From Balanoglossus misakiensis (taxonomy: Eukaryota; Animalia; Hemichordata): a DNA stretch of 64,000 bases. Within the stretch, counting starts at the first letter, position 1. Every line of letters starts with the position of its first letter. The translations under genes and the position numbers were made by a program. The notes beneath the pieces were generated by a model that ran no database searches, had not been told where the DNA came from, and saw only the letters and a program-made list of their open reading frames with translations. The stretch lies in the NCBI GenBank assembly GCA_040954595.2, contig CM082583.2, positions 10,057,656-10,121,655 of the forward strand, read 5' to 3'. Shown here piece by piece: positions 30,637 through 40,737 of the stretch.

Positions 30637-31072
30637 TTAATGTGGGGACAAGTTTTAATAGAGAATATTTTTGGTTATAGCTACATGTAAATATATACAT
30701 GTATATCCCAATTTTCATTATGTATAGACATTGTTATGATATTATTATGATAAGTACACATACCATATAAGATCAAGAGGTATAAAGAAATTAAAGATTT
30801 TATTAGAAAAAGTGAATAAAATATGTAAGAACTATGTTTATTCTTACTGTTTTGTGCTATGGGGTGTTCATAGTTGTGTTTTATAATATCACATGCCTCA
30901 TGTTGTTCCATTAGTCTGAGTGTGTGTGGTCTCACTTTTTCACACAAACAACCTCCCCCACCACCACCTCAAAGGAAATTGTGGACAAACACTATATAAC
31001 AGAAAATGGTGGGGTTTCCGTACGCTTCTTATGTACGTCAACGCCGACTGACGTAACCCAGATTTAACCAGT

Positions 31073-31151
31073 ACCCTTTCACCCCCATTTCCCTGTGTAA
31101 TATGTGGCCAACTGTACCACAGAAAACAATAGATTTGCACCAAACCATGGT
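31073..31151 (-). mobile_element. MITE family A copy 3 (reverse orientation)
   Basis: Reverse complement reads accatggtttggtgcaaatctattgttttctgtggtacagttggccac...agggaaatgggggtgaaagggt. Confidence 0.7.
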
Positions 31152-31172
31152 CATGTGGGGGAAATTGTCATT

Positions 31173-31188
31173 GGGGGGGGGGGGGGGG
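31173..31188. repeat. Poly-G tract (G16); other G/C runs at 4902-4915, 25631-25641, 35335-35345, 36742-36755 and 45239-45250
   Basis: Read directly from the sequence. Confidence 0.9.
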
Positions 31189-31741
31189 AGCGCAGACTTG
31201 ATGTATGCGTTCTATGGGTAGACACAGCAAATTTGTAAATATTGTCTGTATATATAATACATTGTAATATGTACATGCATATGTACTTGTATAGTGAGTG
31301 TGATAATAGCGAATCTTTTGTTGGGTCACGTGTAACCTACGGTACATGTACTCTAGATGATGTTTTATCTTGTGATGATACCAAGGGTTAAAAAAATAAA
31401 TGTTCTAGCTGTGAAAGTCAGGTGTGACAATACACCTGATGAGCTATTGTTTCTCATTTACATGTATTTGTTTTACTAAAGACAGAGTATGACATCACAA
31501 TTCGGTGTCTTTTTGACATACCGGTTGTTCTCGCAGATGAGCGTTTTGTATGTTGACGGAATAATTTTCACTTTGCATGTGTTTGCAATTTGCATGTTCA
31601 CCCCATTGCTTGTATGGATTAATTCCCTTAGTCCTGCATGAGCTATAATCGATGTCTAACATACATGTATATTCTAATTACTGAGACATACATTTTTTTT
31701 GTATTTCACCTGTCAGATTCAAACAATGTAATACATTTGTA

Positions 31742-31786
31742 CAGGAGAAGGGGTGAATACTCAGACTCGCCTAGCTACAGCTCACA
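31742..31786 (+). repeat. Intronic copy of a unc-13 coding segment (33117-33161)
   Basis: 41/45 identical to 33117-33161; core gaatactcagactcgcct(a/c)gctacagctcaca is 31/32. Confidence 0.9.
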
Positions 31787-32271
31787 AAAAAGCAGTTTTT
31801 CCTAAATAAACTGAACCCCAAACTGGCACATATGTGTTTCATGTTTGATAGACTTGACTTGTATGTCTTCATTTGAAAAAAACAAATCCAGGATGTAACA
31901 CTAAAATAGGTATTGAGCAGTTTCCTTTGTTAATGCGGATGTTGCAATATTTGCCAACCGGTATATAAGGTGTCAACATAGCACAAGGCCAGCTAACGTA
32001 CATTTGTTTCAAGATCTGGTGACAGCTAGTACCAGGCGGCATTAACCTAATACTAGACCTTGGAGAAAATTAGTCGTGAAATTATTCTGAAAATCTCTCC
32101 CTACAGCAGTTTTGTGTGAGTGGTTGTTTGCACAGAAGAAGAAGAAGACTATCAAATAGGTCCAGGTGGTTCGAAAGCAAGGGTCAAGAAAACTAATTGG
32201 TATAATATACATGTTATAGCAAATATCGACTTGATTACTGATCATTGTATTTTTTTTTTGGCCAATTGTAG

Positions 32272-32468
32272 CTGGTATGTCTGAAGACAGTGATTACACC
32301 AGTGATGTCAATGCCCCAGTGCTGTACAACAGTCCACACCACAACGCCAGCGCTCATCAGTATGGGGCCCACTACGCTCGCATGGACTCCTTCCAAGAAA
32401 GTGGACGGCTTCCGGACTCGGTAGATTATCCGGATTATCCTGACTACGACTACCCCAGAGAACCGGAG
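32272..32468 (+). CDS. unc-13: unc-13 exon with SEDSDYTSD motif ([31 protein letters not shown]...YDYPREPE)
   Basis: T-tract...ttgtag acceptor and gag|gtgaga donor, 197 nt, phase 1->0. EDSDY is the conserved post-C2A motif of Unc13 proteins. Confidence 0.92.
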
Positions 32469-32811
32469 GTGAGAGGGGCTGGGATGTGAAATCCATAGAA
32501 AGGCCATCTTTTTTAGTGGATGTTAGGGATATATCACGGTTACTCCTAGTAACTGTGGTGATATTTAAAAATGAGACTGTGATAGACGTTTTTACATGTG
32601 TGCCTGGGATGTGGTGAATGTTGCTAATGACAGTGTGTTAAAGCTGATATTAGCTTCATGGTTTGTCATGACAGAAGAACGCATGTACCACATAGAATAT
32701 CAGTGTGTTTTAAAATCAGAGTTGTTGTTGCTGTTGGGGTGGGCCTTATATACTTATATAACTGAAATGAGCAATTTAGTTTGTAACTTTTTTGACTTTT
32801 TTGTGTAACAG

Positions 32812-33518
32812 ATGTATGGTGAATATGTTGAGAGAGACGACTACTATGATCAGGAATACGGTGACAAAGAGTATGACAGGGACTATGATAGAGACATTGA
32901 TAGAAGTTATCCCCCGGAAGTGTATCCCCCAGGAGATTACCCGGAAGGGGATTATCCAGAGGGAGATTATCCAGACAGGTATCCGGAACGAGTGTATCCG
33001 GAGAGAGAGTACGTGGAGCATAGGTACAATGATGGTTACCCCGAGGATTATCAATCGGAAAATTACAGACCGGAGGAGGACGATTTCTATAACAATAGGG
33101 ACTACCCCTCGCCTCCCAGGAGGAGGGACGAATACTCAGACTCGCCTCGCTACAGCTCACACAGTTCCCCCCGCCACAGTTTTCATGACCACTACCTGGA
33201 CTCTCCGCGGGGTAGCCACCGGAGTTCGCCCAGGAATAGTCGACAGGAGGACTTTTTGTACGATTCCCCTCGGGGGAGCAGAACTGGCTCCCCGCTGCCC
33301 TACCCGAGAGATTACTATGACTCCCCCAGGGGCAGCAGGCATAGCTCCCCGAGGCCGTTGCGCAGGGAATACGACTTGCCCAGGGAGGAGTCCATCATCA
33401 GTGAGAGCGACTTGGGCCTGTACCACGATGGCAGGACCAACAATGGAAGGGACAGTCGCCAGTCTTCGCTCACCATCGAGGGACATCACGACAGCAGACA
33501 GTCTCTGCCCACTGATAG
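32812..33518 (+). CDS. unc-13: unc-13 large exon encoding a Tyr/Asp/Glu-rich and SPR-repeat low-complexity region
   Basis: T-rich aacag acceptor and ag|gtcagt donor, 707 nt, phase 0->2, in frame with both neighbours. GC-rich against the background; same frame as ORF 32812..33582. Confidence 0.85.
32908..33012 (+). repeat. Degenerate 15-nt coding tandem repeat (YPxxx pentapeptides)
   Basis: tatcccccggaagtg / tatcccccaggagat / tacccggaaggggat / tatccagagggagat / tatccagacagg / tatccggaacgagtg / tatccggagagagag. Confidence 0.85.
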
Positions 33519-33994
33519 GTCAGTCAGATATTTTTTATTCTCTTTCGAACTGTCTCGTTTCAGTGACAGACTCAACATTTGAATGCTCCACTGCTCAACT
33601 CATGGAATTGCTCTGTGTTTAATGTACGTACATTGTACATTACATTCCTCTAGATGGCGTCTTTCAGGTGGGCCTATACGTTGTCATTTGGCCTCCACTG
33701 CCACTTCTCTCAGACACATTAAAATTCAGGCACCATACACGCTCCCTTGAAAATTTGCATTATTTACTTTGCCAGGGCAGGTGTTGTTGTTTTTTCATCA
33801 AGGTTTTTGAGTCAGTTAGTAACACCGGCTTTCCCATAACATGCATATAGCATTATCCAAGATCCTTGTGGTATTATATGAACCCAGGGAAATCCCAATC
33901 AGCATGTTGCCTGCCTTTGAAAATGCTCTGTAGTTCAGGGGTGCAGATTCATTGAACTCTTAATGTGGGCATAGTGTGCATGAGCAAAAACACT

Positions 33995-34070
33995 TTATTT
34001 TCGCGAGTTGAAATTTTCGCGATATCGAGAGAGGCCACTGTTTCGCGAGTATTAATTTTCGCGTTCTTTT
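33995..34070. mobile_element. Probable DNA-transposon terminal fragment with four TTTCGCG repeats
   Basis: ttttcgcgag, ttttcgcgat, tttcgcgag and ttttcgcgt within ~70 bp of CpG-poor intron. A 9-bp direct repeat atgtgggca occurs at 33963 and 34071. Confidence 0.5.
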
Positions 34071-34740
34071 ATGTGGGCACAAAAACGAAACTTGCTCATA
34101 TGTACCCTCTTCAAACCTTATTTAGAACATGTACAGACTGGCACTGTTTATAGCTGAGCTTGTAGGGCATGGATGATTCATGCAGATAGTGGTTTTGAGT
34201 GTCAGTTACCCTAGAAAAGTAATCAGAAGTAAAGCAGAGAGCGTTGAGTAAATCAGGTCGTGTGCACTTCCATTCCATGAGCGGGTATCCCTTAACACAA
34301 AGAACAATCTTTCACTCACGCTCCCAAAACATTTGCATGCAGATCGGATGACTTTGAGTGGTTGGTGGGATTACCACCTGATTTTGTCAATTGGCTGCAC
34401 TTTGCACATAATTGAAAAGACGACAGCGATACATGCATGTCAGGTTTTTTCCTCTGTGTATGTTATAGTTGAACGACCTGTGAGGTAGAGACAGTTTATA
34501 TCTGTGTAAGGTGACTTTCCAACACCTGGAGAGGCTTGGTCAATTAGCAATGTAGACCAGTTGCATCCAAAGTTTACCAGGCGGTCATGTAAATTGTCCT
34601 CGTGGTAATTTGTTTGCATTACAATCTGTAATGCTTGACTGCTGGACATCAGTTGGTTTTGCACTATGAACCAACGTGGTGGACTTGCGACTGTGTTTCG
34701 ACCTGTCTCATGCAGCTTCTCTGTTGTCCAATAATTTCAG

Positions 34741-34918
34741 CCCCAAAAGCAGTCACATCGGTTCTTCAATTGACATGAGCAGACAGAGCACCATTGAAGA
34801 TATTCGTTTGGATCCCAACGAAACGGAGGACGACTATTTGGCTGAAGAGGAGCAGCCGTCCCCAGCTAGAGTCAGATGGTACAGCGCATTCAATAAAGTC
34901 CGTATTCATCTTGCTGAG
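34741..34918 (+). CDS. unc-13: unc-13 exon with calmodulin-binding helix (...PSPARVRWYSAFNKVRIHLAE)
   Basis: tttcag acceptor and gag|gtaagt donor, 178 nt, phase 2->0. Close match to the Munc13-1 CaM site RAKANWLRAFNKVRMQLQE (W-x3-F-x2-V). Confidence 0.94.
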
Positions 34919-37900
34919 GTAAGTGCCTGTCAGAGTACCCACACACATCGTGGTTTCGTTTCGTTTCGTGTTATGGGTGCAGTTTCTGACTACATTGTCA
35001 GTTAGGGATCCCTGCTTGTTTTGCAGACTGATGCAAGAAGGTTGAGTGACTTGTGTGTGCTGTGTTCATGCATATTTTTCGATGCATGCCGTGTATGTTG
35101 GATGCAAAGTTAAGGATTGAAATCTGTTGTTGACAGAGTGAATTGAAGGTAATGGAGTGATGAGTAATGGGGTACGTTATAGGATGGTAGAAATTTCTGG
35201 CATGCGAGTCCTGATTGTGATGGATGGGATGCTTTGGATGCCAGGGCTTGTAAAAGTGAATGATGTACGACTGTGTAATATACATGTATGTTTGTGATGA
35301 AACTGCTATTGCAAATATTCACTGATGGAAGGTGCCCCCCCCCCCACCTCTCCATAGCAATAAGGGAGGGTAGGGTGAAAATCTCTGTTCCATCTGAACT
35401 TGTGGAAGTAGAGAATCCTCGTGAAATGTAAGAGGACCGGGAAAGACCTGGCAAGCACGTACACGTCGAGTGCTGCTGGGTTTCCATGGAAGTGATGAGC
35501 AGGACTAATCATGTGAGACGTCTGAGTGTGCGCCCCGGCTAATGTTGTCATCATCCCCAGCCGCAGAGAGTTGCATCCATTTCCAGTGTTCCATCAGAAA
35601 AAGCACCATCCATCAAATGCTCCAACACACACAAGGACATGCATGGATTCTTGAGTGCTCAAGTCGTGTAGTACAAGACTGGAATAGAGGACGTCGGACC
35701 AATCTCGCACACACTTAAGGATACCGCGGCACAAGACTCGAATACCGATATAGAATACTCTCAACGCAGGAAAGGCGATAGGATTTTATATTCCAGGCTG
35801 AAAATGTGAGATTTATCAACCACACATACAAAAGTAGCCGGAACTTCCATTGATTCTCTGGTAATGTTTTAGAAACATAACATCCCGCAGAAATAAGTGT
35901 GTGTAAGCCCCATTGAATTGATAGCGATCTACCAGGCGATCAATCAGTAGTTAAATGTTGTGTTTGCATAGTTGATGTGCACTGCCGTCTGCCCGTCTCC
36001 GCTGTTTTAATAAATAAATTCCATCATATGCCGTCGGAGGTTACAGATCCAGTTTCCATGGGTGTGGTTCAGTCAGTACTCCAACCTCTTACCAGAAATA
36101 GCATTCTCTCAACTAGTTTACTCAGCAGCTGGCCGAGCGGAATTGTCTGCCCGCAAAATGTAAAATCCACAAAGTGAAAAAAAGTTGTTACGCAAAATTG
36201 TGCCTTAAAGAAAATAGAGACAAAAGAGTTGTAACTACATTTTGTACCGTACCGACCATCAGTCAGTGAATGAGATGAGCCAGAACTGAAGATATACGTC
36301 TTTTCTACTCCAGAACCGTGGAAATTAGAATTCACCCGAGGGTGTGTGTACTTACGCTGGCCGTCGGCTGACTAATGGCGACATTCAAAAGTACAGGTTG
36401 TCTCTTCTCTAGTTGTATTCATTACATGCCCCTTTACAAATAAAAATGTGGGGCGTTTTGTGAAAAATAGCACACGAGAGAAAATCCAATTTGAAGTTTA
36501 TATCAAGCAATGTCATAAAATCGCTGACTTCGGCCTGAATTTGCATAGACATCTCTTTAAATCAGTGTAGGAAGTATTCCTTTGTGTGATGTTTTTTTCG
36601 GTGGTCGTACTTGTCGTATATATGCGCTGAGGTTTTATGTGTCAAGTTACGTTTTGAATATTGCCTTGAGACATGGATGCTCCTGTTACTAATGTAAAAT
36701 AAAATGTCTGTGCTCTTAAAGCACAAGTGTTATGTGTGTGTGGGGGGGGGGGGGGAGGGTGGTCTGTCTGATGCACATGTACTGCGATGCTCTGTCATGA
36801 ATAAACCAAGAAGATGAGTATGTATTTGGGACGTTCTGAGCAATAAATATGAAGGTAAGTTAAATTTTAATCATGGTAGAGGCTGAGTGGAAAATCCACC
36901 AAGGTTCTGAATTTATGATGTGCTCATTAGGTAAGTGATATTTATTGCCTTTTTATCTTTCATAGTTCTGTATGACCATAAATACTCAATGATGTGTTAT
37001 ATGACTTTCTTCAGCTTTAACATCTACATTGAGGTTTTTTCCCCAAAAGTTTGTCCGCAATTCTCTGCGTCTAATTGTCAGTGTCTTCATAGCGTTTGCT
37101 GTGAGAGATTCTCGAAACCTGGATGACTCCTGGCCAGAATCCAGAAATGGACATTTACTACAAAAAAATATGACAGTCTCTACGGAACACCTCTGAAGTC
37201 TACGGCACACACACACCATGCAGTTGTGCACCTGTTCAAATGGTGAATTGACAAAGGAATGGACCTATCGAAAGCAACCTTGCGAAGTCCCCCCAAGACA
37301 TGAATTTGCAGTGGAACTCAGAAGCGCCAAGTGTCAGAAAATGTTCAACCAGTTTTTGATATCTTGCACTTTCTTCATGGTAACAGCCTCTTCAGCGGGT
37401 TGGATTTCTGCTGATAGGTGATAAACTTTGATGTATTGAAGTGCCTGCGAGAACCTAAGTTGACACCCCTTTTTCCAGCTCCATAATTGCTTCATCTGGG
37501 TCTGAGTATTCCGTAATAGCCTTATAAGGTCAGAAAAATGAGGAATTACCGATAACTAGTTGCCTGCCGTAGGGTGTAGTGCCTCTTATCCAGAGTTATG
37601 AAACTCTACACGTGCGAGCTCATCTGTCTGAATCTGAAGTTACCACATGATGAGTGTGAACTACTTGGATTAAGACTGTGACATTATTTCCAACTGGTCT
37701 TTCTCGTTCGGTGATCAATCCCCAATGCAGTCTCTCAGTTTGTGGATTAGTTGTGAGAATTCATCCACCATCTATTTAAGAGAACGAGATTGATATTGCA
37801 CGCCTGTATATTGTCGCACTGGGTCTCCATTTCACTGGAGTGTTTGAAGTGCGCTTCTTATTAGACGGGCTCGATGAAGTGGTGACTGCTTGAGGCAGAA

Positions 37901-40644
37901 TTTCATGGACATTGTAACTGCGCAACAATTGGCCTGTTTCCGGTGCTCACTTCAATGTACACCACAGGTTAATCATGAAACCCACTCTGTGTGCAGAAAT
38001 ATAAAAAATCTCGTCCACCTTCATACGGCAGTCCTATCATGCGCGCTGTCTGACCGTGCTTGTTAACTTTTTCTGGAAGTGTAAGCCTCATGAAACCGAT
38101 AAATTACTGTGAATGCAGGAATCTGAGAAATTCCACTGCTCAGCTTGCATGCTTAATTTTCTCGGTTGATTGTTGGCTCATCTTGTGACACGCCAAAGTG
38201 GAGTCTAATATACAGTACAAAGTGGAATTTCCTGTGTTGTTTCCGAAGTGCCATTTATTTCAGAGACATTCGGCTGATTCTTAGCCGAAACGTCTAAAGT
38301 GTGTAGTGTTCCAGTTTCTGAAATCTGAATGTATCTCATCTGGGTGTCAAGTGGCAGTGCTATCCATCCTCTTTGCTCTGCAAGATTTATCGACTGTGGA
38401 TTGTCTGTCAAGATTTATGTGTTGGTGATTTTCTCTGTTCTTTGGGGTGTAATTTGCACACAAACAGCTCTTGTGCAGCTCGAAACAGCTCAGCCAACAA
38501 CTGGTTTTGCAAAAATGCGAATTTATCATTTTTGCTATCAGCAAAGATTTCCGATCATGAGTTTTTCTAATATTCTGTTTGTATTGGCTTCAATTCGTTA
38601 CGCAACAGACATTTCATAACTGGGGCTTTTTTTACCCAGCACTGAAATGAAAACGGTGCGTTGGGCAATGAAAAATCAGATGAATTTTGACAGTGCAGTA
38701 TGAAATTAGAGTTTCCTCATCAAAAAGAGATTGAGAAATTTACTGCAACTATATTAGAATGTCAACATTGGCTTCTGTTTTAAAATGGAAATGATGTATT
38801 ATTTGTCTGTAGTTGAAGGGAATAATGGAGAATGATAGATTTGAATGATGTGTAATTACTGTTTAAACAAAAGAACATATTGGCTGTTATGCTTTGCTGG
38901 TTTTAATTTTCTCTCAAGGCAGCCAGCCATCAATTTTTTGTCAAAATTATGCAATTTTTTTCAAGGAATGACATTTTGGAAAAAGAGGAGCTTAATTCCT
39001 CTCTTAATGGAATGGAAAGTAATGAGGATTTTTAAAAACTGTGCAAGGCAAGGAGTGTGTTTTGAAAGGACTGCTGTCAGATGAAATTCATAATATTGAC
39101 AGGTAACATTTGCATAACTGATGAGGGCCGCCAGTCTAACTATTGTGATAGGGCATTAACGCATACACTAATGCTTACCACAAACACGCTTTTTTTTCTC
39201 ACTCTCTCTCTCGCTCCCCGCGATATTGATTCCTCCAGAAATAGACCGTACACGGATCTGCTATTGTCGGCTTGGACGTATTGACAAAATAGTGTGTAAT
39301 AGATATTCTGATTCACACAGTGTAGCGGTTGCTGAGTGAATTCTTGGAAGTGACGGGTTTGGTATTTCAACACGGAGCAGTACTGCTCTTAAGAGTGGAT
39401 TGGTTTTTGGGAGACTTGCCTTCATTACTGATGAAAGAGTGGACCCTGTCATGCACTTTGAATATAGGAGTCCTCTCGACAGTTGGGACTGGGTAAGTCT
39501 TGGCATCTAGACTGAATTTGTGCTTCACTGTGAATGCATACAAATGTAGATAAACTTGGGCCTGAAAATATTGAACATCATGTAGAGTGATCACAAAATC
39601 CTATTTAGTCAGAAAATGGCCGTCTCTGGTCACTCTAAGGGACAGGTTGATTTGTGATAGTGTAATTGTTCTTCGATCCCCATCCGAATGTCCGGTACAG
39701 GGGCTAAAAAATGCTTTTAATGTCTTTGACATATTTTCCCAGAAACCTTGGATGGCCTTTGACAGGGGTCACATCACAATGTCGGACATATGATACTTCC
39801 AAAACACCAAGCTTTTAGGTTTAAAATCTTTAAGTATGTTGACTAACTTTTTCGCCATATCATTGTCAGTGAAAATGTTTGTTTTTACCGTACGATGAAA
39901 CCCAATATCGCAGCTACCATTTACCAATACATGGGGAGGGGGAGAGCTTGATGATGTGTTTTTTATCACGAGGAAGTTATGACTCTAGAGAGATATCTCT
40001 GGTCTTCTGAACTTAAAGCAAAACTATTAATTAAAGCAAATTCATTGTTATGAATTATCTAGCTTGTTTTCTTTCCATTTTTATAATTTGTCAAAAATCT
40101 ACCTTCACATCATCCCCAAATTAACCAATTCATTTGTGCTAATTCTATCCTCTGAATTGTAAATGACAACTTCAAGTAGTAAATATTGTGATAAAAAAAT
40201 TGATGTAAATATTTGAGAAAAATCAACACTTGGGTAGTTTCGTTGACTAATTAAATTTGGTAAAGATTATTTTATTGAATTTTGGAAACGACAGATTTAC
40301 ATAATAAAAAGAAAACATCTAAAAGTGTTTCCGCTGTTGATGGCAAAGTGTGTTCCGCGTTGACAGGTGTTATACAGTGTAAATAGAGTTCACATTACTG
40401 TAAAAAAAGTGTAATACAATATGGATTCCTATACTGGCTCAGTTATTAAACTCCAATGCGGTTTCATGTGTCAGAAATGATGATCAGATGTTAGGAGCTC
40501 AAAGTTTCATCTCTTGCTGTTTTATTTTCCCCGCAGTATTAGAAATTAATTGTTTGCATACTAAAATGTCATTATAAGAGCTGAACACAACGTGTATGTC
40601 GCATTAAAAAGCATCTGGATCAGTCGTATCATTTCTAGTACCAA

Positions 40645-40737
40645 AGAACCCTAAATTGTACCATGGTTTGGTCCAAAAGCATTGTTTCTATAGTGAAGTT
40701 GGACCTCTACAGAGGGAAACTGGGTTGAAAGGGTTAA
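40645..40737 (+). mobile_element. MITE family A copy 4
   Basis: accatggtttggtccaaaagcattgtttctatagtgaagttggacctctac...gggttgaaagggttaa aligns to copy 1. Confidence 0.72.

Noticed and set aside
32792-33622. 276-aa overlapping ORF in another + frame, and antisense ORFs 32666-33160 and 33157-33489
   Set aside because: Shadows of the repetitive GC-rich exon; only the 32812 frame fits the splice phases.
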